From the NCBI GenBank assembly GCA_024276825.1, contig JAJRWI010000037.1:1-64000 (forward strand): a stretch of DNA of 64,000 nt. The letters run 5' to 3'. This stretch comes from an archaeon (GTDB taxonomy: Archaea; Asgardarchaeota; Thorarchaeia; Thorarchaeales; Thorarchaeaceae). This document shows, piece by piece, positions 9,398 to 19,250 of the stretch; the stretch's first letter is position 1, and each line of letters opens with the position of its first letter. The translations under genes and the position numbers were made by a program. Under the pieces are notes generated by a model, which did no database searches, was not told where the DNA came from, and saw only the letters and a list, made by a program, of their open reading frames with translations.

Positions 9398-9548
9398 GCG
9401 GAGGTTGCCGAGCCCGGTCAAAACCTCTGGCAATGGCCATTGGTCGATAAGAGGCGGTGGACTTAAGATCGCTCAAAACATGGGGTCATAGCGATAAGTT
9501 ATCCACTCTTGTAGAAGTTCGCGAGTTCAAATCTCGCCCTCCGCACCA
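9398..9548 (+). tRNA. tRNA-Leu(TAA) with two introns (D-loop ~9422-9451; canonical 9468-9500)
   Basis: Removing both introns gives GCGGAGG...GGTCAAAGGCG GTGGA-CT-TAA-GA-TCCAC, long variable arm, CCA; BHB helix CTTA/TAAG. Confidence 0.92.
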
Positions 9549-9622
9549 CTATTGCTAGATGATAAGAGTGATGCAGAAGGCAGATAATCTTTTTAATGGG
9601 GCAAAGAGGTGGTTTCAAGTAA

Positions 9623-9700
9623 GGGGCGGTGGTCTAGCCCGGCTATGATGTCTCGCTTACACCGATAAGGTCACGAGTTCAAATCTCGTCCGCCCCACCA
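9623..9700 (+). tRNA. tRNA-Val(TAC)
   Basis: GGGGCGG/CCGCCCC-A-CCA; TCTCG-CT-TAC-AC-CGATA (one C.U mismatch in the anticodon stem). Confidence 0.93.
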
Positions 9701-9712
9701 ACAATTCCCAAG

Positions 9713-10393
9713 TCATTTTTCACGACGAGCAAACAGATGGACCTCTTTACGTGACTTGTCCAATACGATCTGTCTGAGATGAGAGTAGCCCAAGCTCATC
9801 ATAGTGGTAGCATGATCATTGATGAGTGGGGATTCGGGGTCAATCTTGAGGGCCAAGAGGGCATGACCGCTGATTTTCAATAGTGGCGTGAACTTGCTCA
9901 ATAGTTGCAATGTTCCTGAGGGATCAGTGGTCACATCAATGATCAGCAAGTCGAGGGTTTCATAGTCTGTGATGACAAGTGGGTCAATTGTAAAGGCATT
10001 GTCCAAGACTATTGAGAGGGCCTTATTCTCATTGACAAGTCTTTCAAGATTATCAAGGAACTCATCCGATACATCAACTCCGATTGTGATTGCGCCGTGC
10101 TCGAGAAGAAATTAGAGGAATCCCCCTGCGGAGCACCCCACATCTAGGACGAGGTCACCAGGACGAATAGTACTGGAGCCAAGTTGTGAGAGTATCTGAG
10201 AGATCTTGGAATAGCCAAATGGAACGTCGTGAGCCATGTCGGCTATGATGATCGATTCGGTCCCATTGACAATTGATGAGGGTTTTGCCACTTTGCCATT
10301 GACAATCACATGGCCTGCTTTTATCGCCCTCTTGGCAATCTGACGAGATGAGAATAGACCTTGTTGAACCAGCCAGATGTCAAGTCTTGACAC
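9713..10393 (-). pseudogene. tlyA: TlyA-like S4 + FtsJ rRNA methyltransferase interrupted by one in-frame TAA (10112-10114)
   Basis: RLD.WLV..GL..SR..A S4 domain; LDVGCSAGGFL*FLLEHGAITIGVDVS continues in frame into ORF 9713..10006. Confidence 0.8.
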
Positions 10394-11180
10394 TACGTTT
10401 CTCCTCCACCTCTCGGGGGATGAAAAGATGAATTGGAACGCCCTTCAGTTTTGGACCAATTGCCGCTAGTATGCCAGAGGCCCGAGTGCTGCGCTTGCAA
10501 CAGAGGGAGAACTCAAACTTGCCTAGCTCTTCAATGGCATAAATGTCGGACTCGTGGTCAGTCTTCAATAGGACCGATTCCAGTCTTGTCTGTGAGACCC
10601 CAAGAACAATGAGCCTTTCATGGTCATCGTTCGACCATGCCATGATCCTTTCGAGTTCCTTTTCAGAGAGTTCGGCCTCTATCTTATGGTTTGCCAGATC
10701 AACCATGGTGAGCAAAGCCTCTATTGGCAAGTTGTCTACCAAAACATTGGTGTTGGCTATCTTACGCAGAGGCTGGTCCTTCATGTTGAGCTGTTGGCGT
10801 AGACGAAACAGGGGAATGAGTAGATCGAGTTTTTCAAAAGGGGGGAATCCAACGTTTACATATATTCCGAATCCAAATCTTCCCACATTGATAAGGTGGC
10901 CGTACATTGTCGCTCCAACCCTTAGGTCAGACACCGTGGGAATGGCGCCAAACTCGTTTCTCAACAAGTTTGAAAAGAACTTCTCGTCCTCCCCAGTGAA
11001 CATCAACTTGATATGCCCCGTCTTGGTGGTATTGATTGATCTGATCTCAATCTCAAGTTCTAATGAGAGGTTTCTTATCTCGTTTCTGACAATATTGAAC
11101 AAATGTCTATGGAGTGGTCCATAAGCCCTAGTTCTGAGTGTGAGGTCTTTCAAAAGGCTGTCCCCCAGTTTCTTTCTCAT
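10380..11180 (-). CDS. DUF2110-family protein
   Basis: GEDEKFF.NLL..EFG, G.L..VG.FGFG.YV, VDNLPIE motifs; usual neighbour of tfe. Confidence 0.75.
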   Translation of the reverse strand: MRKKLGDSLLKDLTLRTRAYGPLHRHLFNIVRNEIRNLSLELEIEIRSINTTKTGHIKLMFTGEDEKFFSNLLRNEFGAIPTVSDLRVGATMYGHLINVGRFGFGIYVNVGFPPFEKLDLLIPLFRLRQQLNMKDQPLRKIANTNVLVDNLPIEALLTMVDLANHKIEAELSEKELERIMAWSNDDHERLIVLGVSQTRLESVLLKTDHESDIYAIEELGKFEFSLCCKRSTRASGILAAIGPKLKGVPIHLFIPREVEEKRSVKT

Positions 11181-11244
11181 TTCATTTATTGGTTGCTAAT
11201 TCATGTTCATTCAGTATACCTCAATGAGATTAGCATATCGGATG

Positions 11245-11784
11245 TTATTCTGCTATCCGTAGACTTGATGATGCGCGTAAGTCGGCACGGAGTTCCTCTA
11301 CCCTTTTTCGGAGGAATTGAATGGCTCTACTGTTGTCCACATATTCAAGCTGGGAATTACAGACAGGGCATCGAAAAGACAAAGTCATAGCTTCTTCGAA
11401 TGGCACTGGAGAAGAATCACCATTAGGACATGAATAGAGATCGTTATTGCTTTCATGCTCTAATCTTTGCTCAAGAAGATTGAGAACCATACGTTTCTTG
11501 CGGTTGACAAGAGCTAGTGCTTTTTTGGGGTCAATCTTCCAGTAGTATAGGAACCAGCCAGTGTTGGTGTCTCTAATCCGTCTGTATGATGCTAGGTGAT
11601 TATCATGGAGCTTGTAAAGAATCCGCCTGACCACATTCAATTTTAAATCGGTCTTTGTTGCAATCTCCTCATCAGTTGTTTCATCAGCATTGACTAGCAC
11701 CATTGCAACATCCACACCCTCCTTTCCAGCTATCTCTTCTACCACCAATCTAAACAAATCGCTGTTGAAGGAGGCGTGTGACAT
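11245..11784 (-). CDS. tfe: Transcription factor E (TFIIE-alpha)
   Basis: TDEEIA...LN.VRRILYKL, RD.NTGW..YYW, Zn ribbon CPNG...CPVC. Confidence 0.96.
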   Translation of the reverse strand: MSHASFNSDLFRLVVEEIAGKEGVDVAMVLVNADETTDEEIATKTDLKLNVVRRILYKLHDNHLASYRRIRDTNTGWFLYYWKIDPKKALALVNRKKRMVLNLLEQRLEHESNNDLYSCPNGDSSPVPFEEAMTLSFRCPVCNSQLEYVDNSRAIQFLRKRVEELRADLRASSSLRIAE

Positions 11785-11926
11785 TTATTGAATCACCTGA
11801 ATCCAGAATTTATTGTCTTGTTAGTTTCAACGATGGCTCGGTGCATCAATTAAAGAAGCATCCTATTGTTATATGCGCATAGATACTATATAAGCACTCT
11901 TCTTAGGACTATGTTTTTCATATGAG

Positions 11927-12517
11927 CTACTCGTCTTTTTTGGGCTTTTTTCGTTTAATGCGGACCACGTCACCGAGGGTTGGGGCTCGACTGCTCGATC
12001 GAACGTGTTCAAAAGTAATGGGTGCAGTTCCAATTGGCTCAAGTAGAGATATTTCAAGCTCACGTTCAAGACCACGAATTGCCTTTCGAGTAGGCTTCAA
12101 CCGGCCAGCTTCGATTGCCTGCAGTGTTGATATTCTCTCACCAATTTTCTGAGCGAGCTCTTCTTGGCTAAGGTGGGCCTTCTGTCTTGCTGTACGGATT
12201 CGTGCTGCATAGTCTTCAACGAGGATCATATCATCAAGTGTAACTGGACGGGACGAAGGTTTCTTTTTCTTTGACGTGGCTGGGGTCACCCTTGGGATTC
12301 GAGTTGGAGTTGATATGGGTTCAGGCCCTCCAATCCATGATGGTCTTGTGGGTATGGTGCTCCTTCCTCTTGAAGCAGGATTATCGTGCTTCCCACCAAA
12401 CTTAGCCGCGCATTGCGGACAAACAATCAATGATGCGCCTTCAACGACAATGTTTCGGCCACGTCCTTTCATGCTTCGACCACATAACTCACAACTAGAC
12501 AAGGAAATTCCTCTCAC
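11927..12517 (-). CDS. mbf1: Archaeal multiprotein bridging factor 1
   Basis: CELCG...VEGA.L.VC..C, HTH SQEELAQKIGE, C-terminal TLGDVV; divergent from pan. Confidence 0.95.
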   Translation of the reverse strand: MRGISLSSCELCGRSMKGRGRNIVVEGASLIVCPQCAAKFGGKHDNPASRGRSTIPTRPSWIGGPEPISTPTRIPRVTPATSKKKKPSSRPVTLDDMILVEDYAARIRTARQKAHLSQEELAQKIGERISTLQAIEAGRLKPTRKAIRGLERELEISLLEPIGTAPITFEHVRSSSRAPTLGDVVRIKRKKPKKDE

Positions 12518-12660
12518 GATTTGAATTGTATCATATCAAAATAAAGCTGATGTTATAGTGACCAGGTGCTTATGCTAAATTTCATATCAGGAGCTTTTGA
12601 AGTGCCTAACAGATAAGTCTTAAAAAGTTAGGAAACTAGTCATCAGTGAGGTCGTGTTGA

Positions 12661-13881
12661 TTGCCTGGAACAACCGAAGCAAAGGACGAAGGTGGAATTA
12701 GTGATCCCTCCTTCTCAAGTCAGATTAAGGACTTCGAACGAAGAGTAAGAATTCTTCAGAGGAGAATAGGGGCACTTGAAAATGAGAATCAGATGCTTAG
12801 GGCTGAACTTAGTAAATTAGAGAAAGAAACACAGTCTTTGCGAACTGAGCTAGACAAACTGAGACAGCCCCCATTAATCACAGCAACAATAATTGAGATG
12901 ATGGGAAACGATAAGGCAATTGTAAAAAGTTCTACCGGCCCCAATTTCTATGTCAATGTTGCTTCAACAATTCCTCGTGAAAAGTTGCAACCAGGAATGA
13001 GAGTTGCATTGAATCAAAGATCATTTGCAGTCGTACAAGACCTCCCATCTCCGAAGGACCCCATGATTCGTGCTATGGAGATTGAAGATGCGCCCAATGT
13101 TTCATATTCGGATATTGGCGGACTACGAGAGCAATTATTAGAGATAAGAGAAACTGTTGAACTCCCTCTTACGGACCCATCGATATTCGAGGAGATAGGC
13201 ATTGAGCCACCAAAGGGAGTTCTTTTAACTGGACCCCCTGGTACTGGGAAGACTCTATGTGCAAGGGCAGTGGCTCATGAAACCAACGCAACATTCATTC
13301 GTGTGATAGGTTCAGAATTAGTTCAGAAATTCATCGGTGAGGGTGCGCGATTGGTTCGTGAGATATTTATGATGGCAAAGGAAAAGGCCCCTGCAATAAT
13401 CTTCATTGATGAGTTGGATGCTGTTGGTTCCCACAGGCTTGACATTGCAACCTCAGGCGATCGAGAGGTCCAGAGAACACTCATGCAACTGTTAAGCGAG
13501 CTTGATGGTTTTGAGAGTCGTGGACAGGTAGCTGTACTTGGTGCCACAAACAGACCAGACATTTTGGATCCAGCATTGCTTAGGCCTGGGCGCTTTGATA
13601 GGATTATTGAGTTCCCATTGCCAGATGAAACAAGTAGAAAGGAGATTTTTGCAATTCATGTGAGAAATATGAGTATTGCCAAAGATATTGACTTTGATAG
13701 TTTGGTCGCACTCACAGATGGAAGGACTGGTGCAGACATAAAGGCAATATGCACAGAAGCAGGAATGTTTGCAATTCGACAGAAGCGGAAGCAGGTCACT
13801 CAAGAGGATTTTCGAAAAGCAATTGAAAAGGTACAAGATAGAAACAAGTCTGAAAATGCTCCAAGTAATATGTATTGCTAG
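12661..13881 (+). CDS. pan: Proteasome-activating nucleotidase
   Basis: Coiled coil, KSSTGP OB fold, GPPGTGKT, FIDELDA, ATNRPDILDPALLRPGRFDR, HbYX tail MYC. Confidence 0.98.
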   Translation: MPGTTEAKDEGGISDPSFSSQIKDFERRVRILQRRIGALENENQMLRAELSKLEKETQSLRTELDKLRQPPLITATIIEMMGNDKAIVKSSTGPNFYVNVASTIPREKLQPGMRVALNQRSFAVVQDLPSPKDPMIRAMEIEDAPNVSYSDIGGLREQLLEIRETVELPLTDPSIFEEIGIEPPKGVLLTGPPGTGKTLCARAVAHETNATFIRVIGSELVQKFIGEGARLVREIFMMAKEKAPAIIFIDELDAVGSHRLDIATSGDREVQRTLMQLLSELDGFESRGQVAVLGATNRPDILDPALLRPGRFDRIIEFPLPDETSRKEIFAIHVRNMSIAKDIDFDSLVALTDGRTGADIKAICTEAGMFAIRQKRKQVTQEDFRKAIEKVQDRNKSENAPSNMYC

Positions 13882-13924
13882 ACTAAGATCGAAACTTCAC
13901 GGTTTTGGGAAAATGCAGTAAATT

Positions 13925-14123
13925 TCAGAAGTGAAAGAGTTGTTCAAAACTGTCATGCGGTCAGAATTGGAGTCTTGGCAAAAAGACAAAGGGTTTCCAC
14001 TTCTACTCTCAGAAGATGGGAACGCATGGTCCTTGTTCAGACGAGTTCATCAAGTGACAAGTTTGAATAAGTTTAGGTTGTCAGTTCATCGTCTGATAGT
14101 AAGTTTGAATAAATTCAGGTTGT
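13925..14123 (+). mobile_element. Miniature IS607-derived element, copy 2 (3' end duplicated)
   Basis: TCAGAAGTG...GTCAGAATTGGAGTC...GTTTCCACTTCTACTCTCAGAAGATGGGAACGCATGGTCCTTGTTC; AAGTTTGAATAA...AGGTTGT end present twice. Confidence 0.75.
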
Positions 14124-14134
14124 AATTTAAGATT

Positions 14135-14965
14135 ATGAGGTTCAAAACCTATCTAAGAACACGGCTAAAGGAGATAGTTCCTGACGAAGTTCCCTTGCCA
14201 TCAGGCTTTCATATACTGGGACATGTTGTCCTACTGAAGTTGGAATCGGATGCCATGTCATATGCAGAGGAGATTGGTGATGCGATTTTACAATATAGTA
14301 AGAGGATAAGAACTGTAGCTATTAAAACAGGACCTACAATCAATCAGATTAGAACACCATCTTACAAAGTGATTGCAGGTGACCCTGATACTATTGTGAC
14401 ACACATTGAGAACGGAGTCATTTATCATCTTGATCCCCTGCGGATAACATTCAGTGCAGGGAACAGGGGGGAGAGAGCATACATTGCTAGTATTGCCCAG
14501 CCTTACGAAACTGTAATTGACATGTTCGCCTGCGTTGGTCAGTTCACTCTGCCAATTGCTAAAGTCGGTGGTTGTAGAGTAATATCATTGGAGATTAATC
14601 CTAAAGCATACGAGTTTCTCATTGAGAATATTGAATTAAATGGATTATCAGACAGGGTGAACGCAATCTTAGGAGATTGTAGAGATACAATTCCAATGGC
14701 CACTGCGAATAGAATAGTGATGGGCTTTCTCCATGATACTATCTCGTTCTTGCCTTATGCAATAGATGGTTTGAAGTTGGAGGGTGGAACCATTCATATG
14801 CATGCATTAGTTTATATGGGTGAAACAGCTGAGTTGTGTAATACAATTAATACCTTATGCAAGAAACGGGGATATTTAGCGCAGATTACGCCACGTAAGG
14901 TCAAAAGTTATTCGCCAAAGATGAATCACTACTGTTTTGATATCTCACTGGTAAGAGAGGAATAA
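14135..14965 (+). CDS. Trm5/Taw2 (Met-10+-like) SAM-dependent tRNA modification enzyme
   Basis: HIENG..Y.LD, FS.GN..ER, DMFACVGQF, EINP.A, RIVMG. Confidence 0.9.
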   Translation: MRFKTYLRTRLKEIVPDEVPLPSGFHILGHVVLLKLESDAMSYAEEIGDAILQYSKRIRTVAIKTGPTINQIRTPSYKVIAGDPDTIVTHIENGVIYHLDPLRITFSAGNRGERAYIASIAQPYETVIDMFACVGQFTLPIAKVGGCRVISLEINPKAYEFLIENIELNGLSDRVNAILGDCRDTIPMATANRIVMGFLHDTISFLPYAIDGLKLEGGTIHMHALVYMGETAELCNTINTLCKKRGYLAQITPRKVKSYSPKMNHYCFDISLVREE

Positions 14966-15026
14966 GCAAAAGCATTTTATCAATTTTAGAAGAATAGAAT
15001 TATAGCATATGCATGAGGCAGTTCAT

Positions 15027-15404
15027 ATGGGCTTCAGAGGTCTTTCACCAAAGCAAATGGCAAGAATGATGAAAAAAATGGGCATTGAACAATCAGATGT
15101 TTCTGGAGTAAAAGAAGTCATCATTCGTTTTGCAGACAAAGAGTGGTTGATTAAAGACGCCCAAGTCACACTCATCAAGCAGGGCAAGAGTGAGTCATTT
15201 CAAATAGCAGGAAATAAAGTCGAGAGGGGTCTCACTGGGACTGCTGAAGCCATTCCCGAAGTCCCCAAGAAAGAGATTGAGATTCCAGTTGAAGATGCTG
15301 CTCTGGTTGCTAGTCAGACGGGAGTTAGTATTGAAGAAGCAACAGAAGCATTAAAGGAAACAGAGGGAGATCTTGCTGCTGCAATCCTTCGGTTACGCAG
15401 GTGA
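15027..15404 (+). CDS. nac: Nascent polypeptide-associated complex protein
   Basis: PKQMARMMKKMGI, V.EVII, UBA-like EDAALVASQTGVS.EEA..AL....GDLAAAIL. Confidence 0.93.
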   Translation: MGFRGLSPKQMARMMKKMGIEQSDVSGVKEVIIRFADKEWLIKDAQVTLIKQGKSESFQIAGNKVERGLTGTAEAIPEVPKKEIEIPVEDAALVASQTGVSIEEATEALKETEGDLAAAILRLRR

Positions 15405-15410
15405 GTGGAA

Positions 15411-16034
15411 TTAGGTTATCAGGTCTCGAATCATCTTGATTCTAAAGAAGTCCTCTCGTTCGCGCTCTTCCAGTGCAAGTTTTACAAATCGTGTGGTTGC
15501 TTCAAGACGGGGAATCACAACTGTTTCCAGTGCAGACACTCGTCTCTTGGTACGTTCGATTTCAAGAGCCAACCGTTTGACGGTGGACTCGATTTCAGCA
15601 AGACGTACAATTGCTTTTAGAGCGATCTGAAACTTTGATGCCATAGTGTCGAGTTTAGCGCTCGAGTCTAAGAGGGAGTATGGGATTTCAGGGGTATTCT
15701 GCTCAGCCGACATAATAGGGACACGTACGCCCATCATTGATCTTGTGGAAATAGACAGATTAACGGAGGTCTTACTTGAACTTGCAAATTCAGCGACACG
15801 AGACGCCCCCATTATCATCTTTGCTTGGGTTAGGGCAGAAAATGCATCTCTTAGAGTAGACTCTACTTCCTGACGGGCCTCCTTTATTTCTGCGATTGCA
15901 TTGAAAAACTCCATAATCAGACTGTCACGTTTCTCTTTTAGCAAATCATGCCCACGTTCGGCAAGACGTTTTCGATTCTTGAGCAATAGTAACTCCATTC
16001 GTGTAGTCTTTGTTCCGGGTAAAATCTTGCTCAT
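15411..16034 (-). CDS. atpD: A/V-type ATP synthase subunit D
   Basis: TRMELL.LK.R..LA.RGH.LLKEKRD.L, EIERTKRRV.ALE.V.IP, LEEREREDFFR. Confidence 0.95.
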   Translation of the reverse strand: MSKILPGTKTTRMELLLLKNRKRLAERGHDLLKEKRDSLIMEFFNAIAEIKEARQEVESTLRDAFSALTQAKMIMGASRVAEFASSSKTSVNLSISTRSMMGVRVPIMSAEQNTPEIPYSLLDSSAKLDTMASKFQIALKAIVRLAEIESTVKRLALEIERTKRRVSALETVVIPRLEATTRFVKLALEEREREDFFRIKMIRDLIT

Positions 16035-16040
16035 GTTTGT

Positions 16041-16352
16041 TTACCCCAGTAGGAAGACTAGTGCACAAACCAGAGTGATAAAAACGCATATAAACAGCCA
16101 TTCAAGGAGATACTTTTCAATAAGGCCGGGCTGATCACTAATCCTACCTGTTGTAATAAGAGTCATTGTTGAGATAAATAGAAATGCAAATGGTAAAGAA
16201 ACAGTCATATTTGTAAGTGGCACATTCAATAATAGGATGAGAGCAGATAGCCCGCCAAATATAAGGAAGCTAATAATGGTCAGAGAATTAAGAACGTGTC
16301 GTGCTCTGGAAGTATTCATCTTTTCAGACTCCAGCGAAATCACAATAGACAC
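16041..16352 (-). CDS. Small three-TM membrane protein
   Basis: Three hydrophobic segments; co-oriented with atpD. Confidence 0.6.
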   Translation of the reverse strand: MSIVISLESEKMNTSRARHVLNSLTIISFLIFGGLSALILLLNVPLTNMTVSLPFAFLFISTMTLITTGRISDQPGLIEKYLLEWLFICVFITLVCALVFLLG

Positions 16353-16416
16353 TATTGAAAAACATTTCCTTCATTACTTAATAATGGCAAACTCTTATAA
16401 CTTGGAAATATAGATG

Positions 16417-16461
16417 ATATTACCTGTAATACAAAGTTTTTCTAATAATACATGTATTACA
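16417..16461. promoter_or_regulatory. Cluster of TGTAATAC/GTATTAC boxes between TATA-like box and ATPase start
   Basis: ATATTAC-C-TGTAATAC (16417-16432) and palindrome TAATACATGTATTA (16446-16459) downstream of CTTATAA (~16394-16400). Confidence 0.7.
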
Positions 16462-16481
16462 AAACATGGAGAATGCATAGC

Positions 16482-17456
16482 ATGACAATCGCGATCCATG
16501 AGAGTGCACTCATAAGACACTTTAATACAAGAAAAGAAGTCCTTCGAAACTGGGAAGAGCATATTGGCTGTCGATTCTCGCCATTCCGTGGATACAAGAT
16601 GCCAGATAGCAGGCTATATGTTGAGCACCCTGATTTCTTGGATAGCATTGTGGATTTAATAATCACTAATGAGAGACATATATTTCTTCGAGGACCTGTG
16701 GGATCAGGAAAGAGCACTTTGATGCTTCTTGCATTACGTGATTTGCCAACACTAGCAGATAGACGTGGAAACAAGTTTATCACAGGATATGTCGGAATGA
16801 CTGGACTTTATGAGAAACAGATGGCTGCTGCCATTGCAGATTCATTAAGAGTGAAATATAGGAGGTCTTGGGAATCCAGTCAAATCATTGAGGCCGTTGC
16901 AAAGGAAAGTGTCAGAAGATATATTGAAGAGAAATGTAGAACTGCATTGTTTATTGAGGATGTTGCTGATAATCAAGAGGCTGCCTTTCATAAGCTTAGG
17001 TATCTTGCAGACCTTCCCACTGAAGAGATGATGCATGAATATCCTGAAGCATTAGACGAACCAATAGTAACTCTAATCATGAGTGGAACAGCAGTGTACT
17101 GGAATGCCATGTTATCATTTTTACCCCAGATTGCAGACAGGACTGAACCACTTGATGTTCCCGCATTAGATGACAGTAAGGCGAGAGAGTTCATTGGCCG
17201 AAGAATAGCGTATGCACAAGGACGTATTGATGAATTCGATCCAAACAATTTTGATGTGTATCCATTTGATGAGGAGGCTATTCGAATCATTAACAGAGCT
17301 GCAAGAGGTAACCCGCGTGATATCAGGATGCTTGCAAGAGGATGTCAACAAGTTGCCGCTGAAAACTTGAGGAAGACAGGTAATCCTGAGGTCACGTCAG
17401 AGATAGCTGAATTGGTCTGTGAGGCCTATGCTACATTACTCAAGGAGGTAAGATAA
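16482..17456 (+). CDS. ExeA/TnsC-like (AAA_22-type) AAA+ ATPase
   Basis: Walker A GPVGSGKS, variant Walker B LFIEDVAD, LIMSGT sensor I, ADR finger, PF..EAI..I..AARGNPR lid; ATG 16482 preferred (ORF track 16452). Confidence 0.85.
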   Translation: MTIAIHESALIRHFNTRKEVLRNWEEHIGCRFSPFRGYKMPDSRLYVEHPDFLDSIVDLIITNERHIFLRGPVGSGKSTLMLLALRDLPTLADRRGNKFITGYVGMTGLYEKQMAAAIADSLRVKYRRSWESSQIIEAVAKESVRRYIEEKCRTALFIEDVADNQEAAFHKLRYLADLPTEEMMHEYPEALDEPIVTLIMSGTAVYWNAMLSFLPQIADRTEPLDVPALDDSKAREFIGRRIAYAQGRIDEFDPNNFDVYPFDEEAIRIINRAARGNPRDIRMLARGCQQVAAENLRKTGNPEVTSEIAELVCEAYATLLKEVR

Positions 17457-17761
17457 TGAGTCTCTTGGGAAAATATCGTAAGGAAGAAGAGCGTCGAGAA
17501 GTTGAGGACAAGGATTCAGTGAGAACAAGGAAGACTACAACTCAGAAACGTTCTGCACAGACAAAAACAAAATCGCCAGACTCGATTCCTAACAAGGAGA
17601 GACGAAGCCCAATTGTTTCATTCTCAATTACAACTGACCTTCGAACCTGTCTTCAAGCAATAAGAAGTACAAAGGCAATTAATTTGAGCATGTGGGTTGA
17701 ACACAAGCTCCGTGAGGCAATTGAGAAAGAGTTTCCTGATCTTGCAAGTGAGTATCTTTAA
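17456..17761 (+). CDS. Ribbon-helix-helix-like DNA-binding protein with charged N-terminal tail
   Basis: TAATG translational coupling and GGAGG RBS; K/R/E/T-rich N-terminal half; IVSFSITTDLRTCLQAI...INLSMWVEHKLREAIEKE fits beta-alpha-alpha RHH. Confidence 0.7.
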   Translation: MSLLGKYRKEEERREVEDKDSVRTRKTTTQKRSAQTKTKSPDSIPNKERRSPIVSFSITTDLRTCLQAIRSTKAINLSMWVEHKLREAIEKEFPDLASEYL

Positions 17762-17786
17762 TAAATGTAATATTTGTAATACGATG

Positions 17787-19181
17787 TCATTGGTGCTCCC
17801 CTAACCATTCTGAATATTCTACAGCTCTTGATATGCAAAGCATTGCGAGGTAAGGTTCATCATAACAGGGAATCTTATTCATCTCGAGCAAATCTTTGCC
17901 GGGCTTTCCAACATCCCCAGCTAGCCAGACACCAACCACTGGCTTTCCAATTGCAGAGATACGAACCCCTTCAAGAGTTCCAGCGGCATGTTCTGTCTGA
18001 GTCATACCTGCAAAGGTTGGCACAGCACAAATTACAAGAAGTGCATCGATATTTGGATCCTTTAATAATAGTTCAGTTGTAATTCTATATTCGCGACGAC
18101 CGCCACTTGCAACAACATCCACAGGGTTTTCAATAGATGCAATTGGCGAGAGGATTTGTTTCAACTCTTTTTTGGTACTAGGGTCCAGTTCTGGAATTTC
18201 TAGGCCAAAGTCATCTGCTGCGTCTGTTGCTAAGACTCCTGCACCACCTGTATTACTAATAATACCAATATTACGACCCTTTGGCAATGGCTGGTAGTCA
18301 AAAATCTTACATATTTCCAAAAGAGAGTCAAAAGTTGGAGCTGTTACACAACCAGCCTGTTTTAGCATCCCATTGAAGACTAGTGTAGATCCTGCCACAG
18401 AACCTGTATGAGAGAGTGTAGCCCTGCTGCCCGCCTTACTGCGACCGCCTTTCATTACAACAATTGGCTTCTTAAGAGCAGCTTCTCTCAGCGATTGATA
18501 AAATTTTCTGCCATCATCAATTCCTTCAACATATACTGCAATAACTGTGCTTTTGGGGTCATTTCCGAAATAATCTATAATCTCCGTAAAACTTACATCA
18601 GCAGCATTTCCAATGCTAGCAAACTTACTGATGCCGATTCGTTTGGCTTTAGTAAGGTATATTGTCATTCCTCCAAGGGCTCCGCTTTGAGAAACAAAAG
18701 CTATATTGCCCCTCTCTGGCATCATTGTAAAAGTGCCATTGAATAATCGGCTATTTGAAATACCAACACAGTTTGGACCGATGAACCGCACACCAGCTTG
18801 CTTTGCAGCCTTAATTAGATCCTTTTCAATCTGTTTGCCGTTAGACCCAGTTTCGCTGAAGCCACCAGAGATTATAACTGCATGTCTGGCACCTGCTTTT
18901 CTAACTTCGGGCATAAGGGAAGGACAGTATTTTGCTGCTACGGCTATAATCACAAGATCAACTGGTTCGGGCAGTTCTGAAAGACTTCCATATGCTTTAA
19001 TGCCCATGACATACTCTCTGTTTTTTGTAATAGGAAATGTTTCAACCTCTGAGGCAAGTAAGTTCATTAGAATAGAATTTCCAAGTTTACGATAATCAGC
19101 TGATGCCCCAACGAGAGCAATCTTTCTTGGATGGAAAAATTGGTCAATCTCAGTATGTATGGCACCTATATTGGAAGTCAT
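17787..19181 (-). CDS. acdA: ADP-forming acyl-CoA synthetase, alpha subunit
   Basis: IALVGAS...KLG, IISGGFSETG, IGPNCVG, SQSGALG, SHTGSVAG phospho-His, NTGGAGVL..D, NPVDV. Confidence 0.92.
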   Translation of the reverse strand: MTSNIGAIHTEIDQFFHPRKIALVGASADYRKLGNSILMNLLASEVETFPITKNREYVMGIKAYGSLSELPEPVDLVIIAVAAKYCPSLMPEVRKAGARHAVIISGGFSETGSNGKQIEKDLIKAAKQAGVRFIGPNCVGISNSRLFNGTFTMMPERGNIAFVSQSGALGGMTIYLTKAKRIGISKFASIGNAADVSFTEIIDYFGNDPKSTVIAVYVEGIDDGRKFYQSLREAALKKPIVVMKGGRSKAGSRATLSHTGSVAGSTLVFNGMLKQAGCVTAPTFDSLLEICKIFDYQPLPKGRNIGIISNTGGAGVLATDAADDFGLEIPELDPSTKKELKQILSPIASIENPVDVVASGGRREYRITTELLLKDPNIDALLVICAVPTFAGMTQTEHAAGTLEGVRISAIGKPVVGVWLAGDVGKPGKDLLEMNKIPCYDEPYLAMLCISRAVEYSEWLGEHQ

Positions 19182-19250
19182 GATCCATGAGAACTCGATG
19201 GAGTGATTTATGTCTGACGTTGATAGCCAATTTTTAAATATGTAATACGA

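Noticed and set aside
16482-17456. ATPase as ParA/SegA or a second Cdc6
   Set aside because: No deviant Walker A KGGxGK; has an AAA+ lid; lacks the Cdc6 C-terminal wHTH and N-terminal YVP..LPHR
16482-17761. Operon as part of a Tn7/Mu-like transposon or type II secretion locus
   Set aside because: No transposase, terminal repeats or gsp genes nearby; flanked by housekeeping genes
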